64,000 nucleotides of DNA from a virus (lineage: Duplodnaviria; Caudoviricetes): the IMG/VR virus record IMGVR_UViG_3300022746_000016, positions 102,548 to 166,547 of that record. One strand, given 5' to 3'. This document shows, piece after piece, positions 55,351 through 64,000 of this stretch (the stretch's first letter is position 1; every line of letters begins with the position of its first letter). A model generated the notes under the pieces. The model searched no databases. It was not told the DNA's origin and saw nothing but the letters and a program-made list of their open reading frames with translations. The position numbers and the translations under genes are program-made.

Positions 55351-57348
55351 TTAATAAGTGCCGCCGTCAATGTTGAAACCATCTAGAGTAGATGTTCCAG
55401 CACCAGCACCAGTGATATTACCATAAGCAGTAATAGTACCAGTAGCACTCAATGTTGTAAACGCACCAGAAGAAGCAGTAGAAGCTCCGATTGGAGTGTT
55501 ATTGACAGATCCACCGCTAACAGTAGCGCCAGTGATAGTCTTGTTTGTGAGAGTCTCATCACCAGCAAGTGTAGCTAATGTACCAGTTGTTGGCAATGTA
55601 ACGCTGGTTGCGCCAGTCATTGTCAATGTACTTGCGTAAGCACCAGCAGTAGTAAGGTTACCGCCAAGAGTAATAGTCTTAGTGCCGTTGTTAACACCAG
55701 TACCACCATAAGTTGGAGATACTAAATCACCTTGCCAAGTACCAGTACCGATTGTACCAAGAGTAGTGATAGATGTTTGACCAACATAAGTTGATGCGAT
55801 ATCGATACTATCAGCGTTAACAGTGATTCGGTTAGAAGTTCCAACAACAGCCAACACACCAGATGTTAGTGTTAGACCGTCGCCAGCAACAGTAGACTTT
55901 AACTGTAGATTATCTGCAGAGATCTCTAAACCACCAGTAGAAGCAACGTTTACTTCTAGAGTATAACCGTTCTTAGAAAGACCGTTACCTGCAATCAGAG
56001 TACCAGAGCTAGAGAATAGAGTGAATGCTAAGTCTGTGGTACCAAGAACAATTGGGTCATTAGTAGTTAGAACGAAACCAGTGTCGCTATTTGCAGTACC
56101 TTGTTCAACGAAACAGAACATACCAGAAGTGACTTCACCACCTGGATTGTTATCTGCATCAGCAGAACGAACCCACGCACCAGAAGCGACTACGTAGATA
56201 CCATTCTGAGATGCTGTGTTTTGGTCTTTAACAAGAACACGGTCACCAACAGAAAGAGCTACACCATCAATAGTTTGTGTATTAGAAAGAGTGATGTTAG
56301 CAGTTGTAGCAACTTTAACAGAACCTTTGATATCTAAACCAGAACGAGCAGCGTCAACGTAGTACTTTGTAGCAGCATCAGAGTCTGCTACAGGTTCTGC
56401 TAAGTTAGTGATACGAGAAGAAGAAACATCAACAGTACCTGTGCCATTAGGGTCTAGAACAATGTTACCATTAGTATCAGTAGAAGAAATAGCGTTACCA
56501 GTAACACGAATATTTCCAACATCTACTTGAGTAAGACCTGCAATAGTAGTTGAAGAACCACCAAGAGCAATAGTTGTAGTACCGAATGTTACAGAACTAT
56601 TAACAAGAGAAGAATTTCCGATATTAGTTAGCGTATTAGAAGCACCACTAATAGTCTTGTTTGTTAAAGTCTGAGATCCAGTTAGCGTAGCTACAGTTGA
56701 ATCGATATCGAATGTTACTGTATTTGCTGTGACGCTAGATGTAATACCAGTACCACCAACGAAACCTAGTGTCTCACTTAGAAGAGAGATTCCATCAGAT
56801 CCAGTATCACCAGTAATGTTTAGAGTTGTGGCAATATTTGCTGTAGAGACAGCAGTGATTAGACCCTTACCGTTTACTGTAATAATAGGAATCGCAGTAG
56901 CAGAACCAAATTGACCAGTGTTACTGTTAACAGTCGCTAATGTGATTGCTTGGCTGTAGTTAGCAGAGCCATCGAAAGAACCAGAAGCAGTAGCGTCACC
57001 AGTAAAGGCAATAGTACGGGCAGTTGCTAGCTTAGTTGCAGTATCAGCATTACCTGTCAATGATGCAGTAATTGTACCAGCAGTAAAGTTACCTGAAGCA
57101 TCACGCTTAACTAAAGTAGAAGCTGTGTTTAGGTTGGTCGCAGCAGTAACCATATCGGTGAAGAACTTACCACCGATGACTACGTGACTTGCAGCATTAC
57201 CTGCAGTTTCTGAACCCATACCGATGTATAATCTGTCACCACCGTTGGATCCGTTGTCTGCTAAAGCAGAATAGGCTAATTCACCAGCTCCAAGGGTACT
57301 AGGGTTCCCAGATACTGATGAGCGTTTAATTCTAATAATTGATGCCAT
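55351..57348 (-). CDS. Tail-fibre-like structural protein
   Basis: LGAGELAYS; DAATKYYVD; GDRVLVKDQ...NGIY; C-terminal IDGGTY. Confidence 0.75.
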   Translation of the reverse strand: MASIIRIKRSSVSGNPSTLGAGELAYSALADNGSNGGDRLYIGMGSETAGNAASHVVIGGKFFTDMVTAATNLNTASTLVKRDASGNFTAGTITASLTGNADTATKLATARTIAFTGDATASGSFDGSANYSQAITLATVNSNTGQFGSATAIPIITVNGKGLITAVSTANIATTLNITGDTGSDGISLLSETLGFVGGTGITSSVTANTVTFDIDSTVATLTGSQTLTNKTISGASNTLTNIGNSSLVNSSVTFGTTTIALGGSSTTIAGLTQVDVGNIRVTGNAISSTDTNGNIVLDPNGTGTVDVSSSRITNLAEPVADSDAATKYYVDAARSGLDIKGSVKVATTANITLSNTQTIDGVALSVGDRVLVKDQNTASQNGIYVVASGAWVRSADADNNPGGEVTSGMFCFVEQGTANSDTGFVLTTNDPIVLGTTDLAFTLFSSSGTLIAGNGLSKNGYTLEVNVASTGGLEISADNLQLKSTVAGDGLTLTSGVLAVVGTSNRITVNADSIDIASTYVGQTSITTLGTIGTGTWQGDLVSPTYGGTGVNNGTKTITLGGNLTTAGAYASTLTMTGATSVTLPTTGTLATLAGDETLTNKTITGATVSGGSVNNTPIGASTASSGAFTTLSATGTITAYGNITGAGAGTSTLDGFNIDGGTY

Positions 57349-57362
57349 CTTTTATTTCTCCA

Positions 57363-57608
57363 TTAAAATTCTCCACCTTCCATGTTCTGAGCATCGAGGG
57401 TGGTTGTGGATGTCCACTTGTTTGTTGTTGTTTTGTATACCAAAATAGACCCATTAACCTTAATTGTGGCATCAACGTCTGCGATATCAGACATTGATTC
57501 AACAACAGCAGGGTTAGCCACATTTGATGAAGAAAGTGTAAGAACACCCTCAGAGACTGCTACCTGAAGTGCTTCATCGGGTTGTACAATAGCGATTGTA
57601 TCTGACAT
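57363..57608 (-). CDS. Small structural protein
   Basis: DIADVD...GSILVY...W; C-terminal MEGGEF. Confidence 0.65.
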   Translation of the reverse strand: MSDTIAIVQPDEALQVAVSEGVLTLSSSNVANPAVVESMSDIADVDATIKVNGSILVYKTTTNKWTSTTTLDAQNMEGGEF

Positions 57609-57614
57609 TATGTT

Positions 57615-57950
57615 TTAAATCTGTGTAATTTGCTGAGAGACTGTCACGATTCCTTCTACGACTCTAGTTTTAAAACCAGAAGGAGAAGTGATTTCTACGT
57701 CATATAACCATCGTCCAGCTGGAATGGTAGACGATTGAGTTGAGTCAAGCTGTAGGCGTACTTTGCCATTTACAGCATCGTAGATAGAAGCTGTGAAATT
57801 ATAAGCAGTTGAGGATGTGTATGACTTTCTCATCTGAGAAGCCACTGTATATCCTGTTAAATTTAGAGCCTGTCCGTTAGTTGCAGCCACAGTGATGATA
57901 TTACTGTAGTTTGCTCCAGCGTCCACGAAAAGGTTACTGATTGTCGCCAT
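57615..57950 (-). CDS. BppU-like / baseplate-associated Ig-like protein
   Basis: LNLTGYTVASQMRK...GRWLYDVEI...RVVEG. Confidence 0.7.
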   Translation of the reverse strand: MATISNLFVDAGANYSNIITVAATNGQALNLTGYTVASQMRKSYTSSTAYNFTASIYDAVNGKVRLQLDSTQSSTIPAGRWLYDVEITSPSGFKTRVVEGIVTVSQQITQI

Positions 57951-57980
57951 GTCTTAATCCTAAAACGATTCTTATCTTCT

Positions 57981-57988
57981 TATTTATA
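57981..57988 (-). promoter_or_regulatory. Late promoter TATAAATA
   Basis: Exact consensus on the minus strand, just after a terminator. Confidence 0.7.
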
Positions 57989-58002
57989 ATCTTGGAGAAT
58001 GC

Positions 58003-58022
58003 AAAAAGCGCCCGAAGGCGCT
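58003..58022 (-). terminator. Rho-independent terminator (cUUCGg)
   Basis: AGCGCC-TTCG-GGCGCTTTTT. Confidence 0.85.
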
Positions 58023-58024
58023 GA

Positions 58025-58675
58025 TTATTTGTAGTAGTTTTCCAGTTTACCCCTGAATTCATCGTCTACTGTATTACCAGTTCTCATATAATTGTGCAGT
58101 CTAATATCAGGAGACTCTAAAAGGAGGTTAATATATCTTCTTGGATACTTAGAAGGTTTTCTTGGTGTAACTGCGTGCCAAGAAGAAGTTAAGTTTGGGA
58201 ATATGATAAAACTATTCGCTTCGTATTTAATTACTGTAGTTTTTTTAGTAGTAGGGTTCATGAGAAGCAGATCACCACCAGAATTTTCTTCCTCATCTTG
58301 GTGTTTGAAGTACCATAATCCTACTAAAAATTTATCACCAGTATCTAAATGCCATCCTCTAATTTTATACGGTAACTCTGAAGCCTTGTTCTCAGAGTAT
58401 AAAATTCTTGGTTTAAGTTTAAACTGTTTATCTGCTAATTTAGGATATTCTACAATAAAGTCATTTGCGAACACTTCATAACATTGCATCATAATAGATG
58501 AGATTTTAGAAAAAAGTTCTAAGTTTTCTAAGGGAATGTTAGATCGATTGCCAGTTGCAACATTATATTCTTTATGTGTGATATTATCCCATTCCTTTAT
58601 AACATCTTCATATAAATCTTGATCTATGCTACCTTTTATATGTGGGAATGGATCGTTAGAGTAAGATAAGTTCAT
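58025..58675 (-). CDS. 2OG-Fe(II) oxygenase (prolyl-hydroxylase-like)
   Basis: DPFPH, WHLD, GGDL, SWHAV, R.YINL. Confidence 0.8.
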   Translation of the reverse strand: MNLSYSNDPFPHIKGSIDQDLYEDVIKEWDNITHKEYNVATGNRSNIPLENLELFSKISSIMMQCYEVFANDFIVEYPKLADKQFKLKPRILYSENKASELPYKIRGWHLDTGDKFLVGLWYFKHQDEEENSGGDLLLMNPTTKKTTVIKYEANSFIIFPNLTSSWHAVTPRKPSKYPRRYINLLLESPDIRLHNYMRTGNTVDDEFRGKLENYYK

Positions 58676-59582
58676 CTAGGGGTAACCTTTGTTCAAAATG
58701 AGAAATTGCTCGTGTTCTAATTCTATCCACGGCATCACTTGCATATATGTTTATACAATAGTGTCTAACGTAATAAGTTAACCACTGTTCTAAATCTACT
58801 GGAATAGTAGTATTTATAGCCTGTTCTGGAGAATCACAAACAACTGCCATTTCCATATATTCAGTCTCGCCGAATACTGCAACTGGTTTATTACATATTA
58901 GTGCTTCAATTCCAGACATGCTTGAAGCTGTCCACATCATATCACAATGTTTAATTAGGTGGTAGAGTGGTGTAGTATAATCAATAGAGGCATACAAACT
59001 ATGTTCATTTAATTCTGAAAACCATCTAACTGGATTGTGATGATCAATGCATCCAGAGTGCCATTTAAATATAACATGTCTTTTAGATTCTCTTGACCAT
59101 GATATAATTTCTTTAGCTAGTTTACTAAAATCTTTTCTATACCAAACAGTAGAACCTGTATTCTGCATAGAAACTAAAATAAAGTTTTCTGGAAGATATA
59201 CTTGCGTAAGTGGCGGTTGTGTATATCTTGTGAATTTTCCAGAATTATATAAGTCTAATAGTTTTTTCTGTATTCCTATTTCTACCTTACACTTTTTATA
59301 AATGTCATTTGGTTGAAAGTTTAAAAATCCATAACCTTGTGGCAGAAGTTTACCTAACCATGGAGCTGGAGAACCATAGTTATAATACAAAAATGGTTGA
59401 TCTATATTTTCTTTTTTATCACCATTTTTGTATCGAATAATACCATCTACATCTAATCCTTCAATAGCAGATTCTATTACGCTATTAAACTGTTCAATAT
59501 AAGATACATTTCTATGTTTGAATATTTGATCGAGACGTTCTGCTTTATAGGTTTGTCCGTCGACTTTATCAAACTGTATCAT
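58656..59582 (-). CDS. KpsS/KpsC-like capsule polysaccharide glycosyltransferase
   Basis: FILVSMQ...VIFKWH...TASSMSGIEALICNKPVAVFG resembles the Capsule_synth C-terminal motif (NSTVGLEAL...KPV..G). Confidence 0.65.
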   Translation of the reverse strand: MIQFDKVDGQTYKAERLDQIFKHRNVSYIEQFNSVIESAIEGLDVDGIIRYKNGDKKENIDQPFLYYNYGSPAPWLGKLLPQGYGFLNFQPNDIYKKCKVEIGIQKKLLDLYNSGKFTRYTQPPLTQVYLPENFILVSMQNTGSTVWYRKDFSKLAKEIISWSRESKRHVIFKWHSGCIDHHNPVRWFSELNEHSLYASIDYTTPLYHLIKHCDMMWTASSMSGIEALICNKPVAVFGETEYMEMAVVCDSPEQAINTTIPVDLEQWLTYYVRHYCINIYASDAVDRIRTRAISHFEQRLPLDELILL

Positions 59583-60091
59583 CTATTAAAACCGTATGCA
59601 AATCTTGGTGAAGGTGAATGTACGCAATGCCAAAGTAAATTATTTTTATCTACTTTGAATTCTCTCTGAGTCCATCCAATATAATCCATATCGTCAACAA
59701 TAGTACCTGTAAATGGATCTTTATATCTGAAAATCCCAGGTTTATTGGTAAAAATAATGTAGACTCTAGTTCCAACATTATCTGAGTTTGTGTGCCAATC
59801 TATGCAACTATTTTGAGTATAATACATTGTGTTAGTGCAAGATTTAGCTCCAAGAATATCGATAACTTCTTTTACGAAAGGTTGATCTTTTCTTTGCATA
59901 TCAAATGCACCAAAATTCATAGATGCTTTAGTATTATCTTGCGTCTTTGGAATAGCAGTTATAAAATTATCGAATGCTAATTTACTGACATTACCAATAG
60001 GCTTACCTTTAGCAAATTCTAATCCAAAGTTTTTAATTTCTTCTGTCAGAATTTTAATGATATTTTCTGATGGAATAGATTTCTTAATCAT
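59579..60091 (-). CDS. 2OG-Fe(II)/cupin-like oxygenase
   Basis: WHTN...RVY...FRY...WHCV...R.AYG. Confidence 0.6.
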   Translation of the reverse strand: MIKKSIPSENIIKILTEEIKNFGLEFAKGKPIGNVSKLAFDNFITAIPKTQDNTKASMNFGAFDMQRKDQPFVKEVIDILGAKSCTNTMYYTQNSCIDWHTNSDNVGTRVYIIFTNKPGIFRYKDPFTGTIVDDMDYIGWTQREFKVDKNNLLWHCVHSPSPRFAYGFNR

Positions 60092-60830
60092 TATTTCTCC
60101 AATTATCTGATATCCACTTCACAGCTTGTTTATCTATGTATTCTAATTCTAAAACTTGATGCTGACTTGGAAACCCATGGAAAGAACAAATCATACCGTT
60201 TTCTGGTGGTTTATATCCTCTATAAATGTTTTGGTTATATACATTTATATCATCTCGTTTATGTCCGAACCTAAAAGACCAAATCCACTCATTTGGTAAA
60301 ATTTTAATATCTTTTTGGTTTCTACTTAAGTGGTATAATGCAATAAGAGGTTGTTCATTACCTCTAATAAGTTTATACCCACTAGCTACTTTTTTCTTAA
60401 AGAAATCAAAAAAGTCGTACCAATATTTTGGATTAAATACCATTACTGCGCCATGATATGTTGTAATATCTCTCTTTAAAAAATCAAGAGACATACACCA
60501 CTTTTCTTCAGGGAATATAAACAGAGGATCTAAAGATGAGACAATAACTACATCTAAGTCTAAGTATAATGTTTTTCGTTCAGGTAGTGTCCCCTTAACA
60601 AACATAGACTCTTTATACCATTGATTCTCATGAGAACCAACATCATGCAACCAATCTATCGGACATGGCTTACAAATCACTTCTTGTCTAATATTAGAAG
60701 GGTCATCTGTTATACAGTAAAAGTCAAACTCCATGGTAAGATTCCTCTTGACCATGGAGTATAGATTGTTTACATAATCACTTGTGTAAAGGGTTCCCCA
60801 CTTTACACATACCACGTTAACTTTTGACAT
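60084..60830 (-). CDS. Glycosyltransferase (GT-A, DxD); paralog of the 16333 N-domain
   Basis: VCVKWGTLY...FYCITDD...WYK...LYLDLDVVI...FHG.P. Confidence 0.8.
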   Translation of the reverse strand: MSKVNVVCVKWGTLYTSDYVNNLYSMVKRNLTMEFDFYCITDDPSNIRQEVICKPCPIDWLHDVGSHENQWYKESMFVKGTLPERKTLYLDLDVVIVSSLDPLFIFPEEKWCMSLDFLKRDITTYHGAVMVFNPKYWYDFFDFFKKKVASGYKLIRGNEQPLIALYHLSRNQKDIKILPNEWIWSFRFGHKRDDINVYNQNIYRGYKPPENGMICSFHGFPSQHQVLELEYIDKQAVKWISDNWRNND

Positions 60831-61237
60831 TACTTAGCGTTAAGCATATTCTCAATTTGTTGTAACTCATCTTGTGTAACAACACCATCAGAAAGAATTT
60901 CTTTAATCTTAGGGTCATTTGGAAATAATGAAGCTAAATGTGTAACAAGATCTTGATATTTCTTTGTTTCAGCTTGAGTTATAGCCTGTTGAATTTGTTT
61001 CTGTTGTTCGATATATTCAATAACTTCTTTTGTTTCCATTTTAATTAGACCCAACTTATTTGGAATCATTGTGTCTGTAGATGGATCATAAAATAAATCA
61101 TGCCAATCTGTATCATCTGGAAACTGATCTACTGATTTTTCAATAGCTGTAGTTCCAGTGTGATTCATAAAAGATGGTATTGGTTCATTAGACCAAGCAT
61201 TAACGCTGTTATCTGAATCGTTAATCAAAAAATACAT
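60830..61237 (-). CDS. Hypothetical protein (possible fibre assembly chaperone)
   Basis: Start MYFLIND behind AGGAG; directly follows the fibre genes. Confidence 0.55.
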   Translation of the reverse strand: MYFLINDSDNSVNAWSNEPIPSFMNHTGTTAIEKSVDQFPDDTDWHDLFYDPSTDTMIPNKLGLIKMETKEVIEYIEQQKQIQQAITQAETKKYQDLVTHLASLFPNDPKIKEILSDGVVTQDELQQIENMLNAK

Positions 61238-61250
61238 TTTATTTATCTCC

Positions 61251-61580
61251 TTAAGCTGAACCGATTGTTCTATAGTAAACACGAACTTGAATAGTACCAG
61301 CGTCAACCGTACTATCACCAGTAGTATCTACGTTGGCAGAACGATACCAACCAAATCCACCCAGTACCATAGTTGATGGACTTAAACCGAAGTTAAGAGT
61401 AGGACCAATCCAACTTGTTGGCACAGCATATGTAACTTCAGAAGCACTATAGTTTACTGTGCCTCTTATGTTTTGGCCAAGATATCCAGTAGCTTGAGAT
61501 CCACCAAGTAACGTTGGTCTTGTTGATTGTACTGTACCATCACCAAAAGTGATGTTACCGTTTCCTAATGTAACTGCCAT
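61251..61580 (-). CDS. Small tail-fibre tip-like protein
   Basis: ITFGDGTVQST; C-terminal VYYRTI. Confidence 0.6.
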   Translation of the reverse strand: MAVTLGNGNITFGDGTVQSTRPTLLGGSQATGYLGQNIRGTVNYSASEVTYAVPTSWIGPTLNFGLSPSTMVLGGFGWYRSANVDTTGDSTVDAGTIQVRVYYRTIGSA

Positions 61581-61586
61581 GAGTTA

Positions 61587-62864
61587 TTACCCCTTATTCT
61601 TTAGAAGTTCTACTTCTTTATTTAGTTCTTTAATCGCTGCGAATGCTAGAGCGCACAGCTTCTGATAATCTACTGCTAGAGTACCATCTTCACGATGACG
61701 AACAGCAATAGGGAATACTTCTTCTACGTCTTGGGCGACTACACCAAAGTCTGCTTTCTGAACAAAATAACCATCTTCACCACCATGGGCGGAGATATAT
61801 TCATCAGTCCAATCATACAACTTACCACCGATATGATTTACTTTAGAAAGTGCGTCTGGAATATCAGTGATATTTTCCTTTAGATTTTTATCTGAAGAAT
61901 AATATGCAACGATCTGGTTAGTTGCGCGAATTTCACCAGCAGTACCAGAACCAGCAGTACCGACACCTAGTGAGTTAAATTGTACGTTAGAAGTTGTAGC
62001 AACTGCTTGTCCGATAGAAACTGTCTTACCGACAACTGTAACGCCAGTACCAGCTACTGGACGAGCATCAGTATTGATAGTAATATCACCAGAAACGCCG
62101 TCAGCATTTGTGATTTGAATATCAGTACCAGCAACTAAAGTACGAGTAGATGCAGTACCAGCACCAGTACGAACGATAATACCAGTTGTTGTTAAACCAG
62201 CTACGGCAACCAAGTCTGCATCATATGCTTGAACGTCTGTACCGATGGCCAAACCTAAGTTCGTACGAGCAACCGCCATAGTAGAAGAACCAACAATAGT
62301 TCGACCAGTAGCAGTGAAGTCTGTAACAGAAGCAGTAGAAGCTGCAGTAAAGTATGGAATTTTATCTGCAGCAGATGTAACACCAGCCAGTGCAGCTAGG
62401 TCAGCATCGTATGCTTGAACGTCTGTACCAATAGCTAGCCCCAGAGAAGTTCTTGCTCCAGCAGCAGTTGTAGCGCCAGTACCACCGTTAGGGATAGACA
62501 GTGCTGTAGTAAGAGAGCTAATTGCGCCGCTAGTAATAGCAGCTTCACCAGAAAACTTACCAGAGAAGTTAGTAGCTGTGATTGTAGCACCAGAGAAGTT
62601 ACCTGTAGAGTCACGTGTGACTACAGAACTTTTATCTACTGCAACGGGCATACCAGAAGAGGTATTTAGACCGTCTAAGACGTCAGCGTCTAGACCAGAT
62701 CCAGTGCCATCTACAGTTAGCAATTTACTCAGAACATCGGCAGCAGTATAGCTAGTTGCTAATAGACGAGTACCAATGTCTGTATTGAGGCTACTAAAGT
62801 TATTGTCGACTTCCGTGTTGGTAAGTGGACTACCTTTAGTCGCTCTTAATGTAATTGTTGCCAT
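61587..62864 (-). CDS. Tail fibre with C-terminal intramolecular chaperone
   Basis: KGSPLTNTEVDNNF; GSGLDADVLDG; LGLAIGTDVQAYDADL twice; YSSDKNLK...GVVAQDV...VDYQKL. Confidence 0.85.
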   Translation of the reverse strand: MATITLRATKGSPLTNTEVDNNFSSLNTDIGTRLLATSYTAADVLSKLLTVDGTGSGLDADVLDGLNTSSGMPVAVDKSSVVTRDSTGNFSGATITATNFSGKFSGEAAITSGAISSLTTALSIPNGGTGATTAAGARTSLGLAIGTDVQAYDADLAALAGVTSAADKIPYFTAASTASVTDFTATGRTIVGSSTMAVARTNLGLAIGTDVQAYDADLVAVAGLTTTGIIVRTGAGTASTRTLVAGTDIQITNADGVSGDITINTDARPVAGTGVTVVGKTVSIGQAVATTSNVQFNSLGVGTAGSGTAGEIRATNQIVAYYSSDKNLKENITDIPDALSKVNHIGGKLYDWTDEYISAHGGEDGYFVQKADFGVVAQDVEEVFPIAVRHREDGTLAVDYQKLCALAFAAIKELNKEVELLKNKG

Positions 62865-62883
62865 TTAAGGATTTCCTTTTGGT

Positions 62884-63117
62884 TCATTCTTTTATTTTTT
62901 TATCTAAAAGCTGTTGAAGCATTGATTTAATATCTTGCATCTCAGTCTTCAAATTTGTTATCTCTTGTGAGTTCTGTATGATTAAATTCTCACGATCCTC
63001 AGCCTTTTGGCGTCGGGTCATATATTCTTCATATTCTGTTCTGCTAGTATTTATAATGGCTCCGTTAGTTGTATCTCTAACTAAGCCATCATTACCAAGT
63101 ACCTTTAAGTAGTCCAT
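62884..63117 (-). CDS. Conserved small coiled-coil protein after the baseplate gene
   Basis: LVRDTTNGAIIN...IKSMLQQLL. Confidence 0.7.
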   Translation of the reverse strand: MDYLKVLGNDGLVRDTTNGAIINTSRTEYEEYMTRRQKAEDRENLIIQNSQEITNLKTEMQDIKSMLQQLLDKKIKE

Positions 63118-64000
63118 TATGGGCAGGCAATAATTCTCAAGTCTCTAATTACTGGAACTGCACAGCTATTTGTAGACTGCATAACGATCTTAATTACAAT
63201 ACCATCAAATGGTGTCATACCACTTAAAGAGTAGTCTGCATCATAGAATGCATCGTTACCGTTTTCTACCTTAGTGATTGTAGAATCTGGTGTGATCAGA
63301 GTATATTTAGTAGAAGCCAGTTGTGCGCTATCACCCAGAGAAGTCTTGTAGTAAACCTTAATATCAGCTTCGTTAGGGATATTAGCAGCGAACTTGATTC
63401 TCATATATGTAGAGCTAAAGTTAAACTTAACTGGAGTAGTTACATACTTGCTTGTAGTTGAGCTACCAGATGGAGCGATCTCGTCAAAGAACAATTCGCG
63501 TAGAGCAACGCTAACACCAGAAGTAGTAACAGATTCAACTGTACCAGTGAAACCACCAAGAGTGATAGTTGCAGTAGTACCGTTATCACTAAAGTTAGTA
63601 ACTAGGTATGTACCATTGTTACCAGAGTTAGAAGAACCAGCAAGAGTTACATAGCGTCCGATACCGATACTTGCCATCAAACCACGAACTGTAGAGTTTG
63701 TAGATGTAAAGCCAGTAGCAGTGAACGCATAAGCACCAGTAGAACCAGTGAAGATTGTCTTAGTGTCCAAAGCAGCTACGTTGGTATTAGCCTCAGTAGG
63801 AGAATTGATAGAGTTAGAGATAGCAACTAAACTCGCGCGAGCAGTATCAATCACTGGAGAAACTGCATCGTTAGTTGTAGAGATAAGAGCAGTAAATGTG
63901 ACTGACTTAGCGCCACCAAGAGCAGAGTTGACTTCGTTAATCTCAGAAGCGATAACACGTGGAGTATAGAAGTAAGTATCTTCCTTAACTAAGCAAGGAG
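63117..64000 (-). CDS. C-terminal part of a large baseplate/structural protein (start outside the window)
   Basis: Reading frame stays open to the window end; SPVIDT, SKYVT, KIVMQS, VPVIRDLRIIA. Confidence 0.7.
   Translation of the reverse strand, partial: PCLVKEDTYFYTPRVIASEINEVNSALGGAKSVTFTALISTTNDAVSPVIDTARASLVAISNSINSPTEANTNVAALDTKTIFTGSTGAYAFTATGFTSTNSTVRGLMASIGIGRYVTLAGSSNSGNNGTYLVTNFSDNGTTATITLGGFTGTVESVTTSGVSVALRELFFDEIAPSGSSTTSKYVTTPVKFNFSSTYMRIKFAANIPNEADIKVYYKTSLGDSAQLASTKYTLITPDSTITKVENGNDAFYDADYSLSGMTPFDGIVIKIVMQSTNSCAVPVIRDLRIIACP

Noticed and set aside
62210-62445. Repeated LGLAIGTDVQAYDADL as a recombination or phase-variation site
   Set aside because: The copies differ at synonymous positions; this is an ordinary fibre shaft repeat with no invertase nearby.
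1-64000. Stop-codon reassignment (TAG is rare among the gene ends I checked)
   Set aside because: All core genes are full length under the standard code, with no fragmentation at TAG or TGA.
1-64000. CRISPR array, tRNA or rRNA genes, integrase or transposase
   Set aside because: No regularly spaced repeats, cloverleaf/T-loop signatures in the short intergenic gaps, or recombinase motifs were seen by eye; tRNAscan-SE would be decisive for tRNAs.

Overview
This window is a 64-kb segment of a T4-like (aquatic/cyanophage-type gene order) myovirus genome, almost entirely encoded on the minus strand. The left half holds the replication, recombination and late-transcription module (gp41, gp40, uvsX, gp43, dexA-like, gp30, regA, gp62/44/45, gp46/47, gp55, uvsW, uvsY). 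The right half holds the virion module (gp3, 23, 22, 21, 20, 19, 18, 17, 15, 14, 13, tail-fibre and baseplate proteins). Five accessory elements stand out. (1) A putative DNA hypermodification operon directly behind the helicase (TET/JBP-like dioxygenase, class II glutamine amidotransferase, GNAT, aGPT-PPlase2/AADT-like); two of its enzymes end in a sliding-clamp-binding-like peptide. (2) Three antisense GIY-YIG endonuclease cassettes at the 3' ends of gp43, dexA and regA; two clearly, and one possibly, carry a recoded duplicate of the host gene's C-terminus. (3) Three hydroxylase/glycosyltransferase/sulfotransferase/radical-SAM cassettes. (4) A multi-hairpin leader with tandem ROSE-like stems before hsp20. 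(5) Early promoters sharing an upstream CCCTAC-N5-GTAGGG palindrome, two with IHF-like sites. All protein calls come from motif recognition and synteny only; no database search was run.
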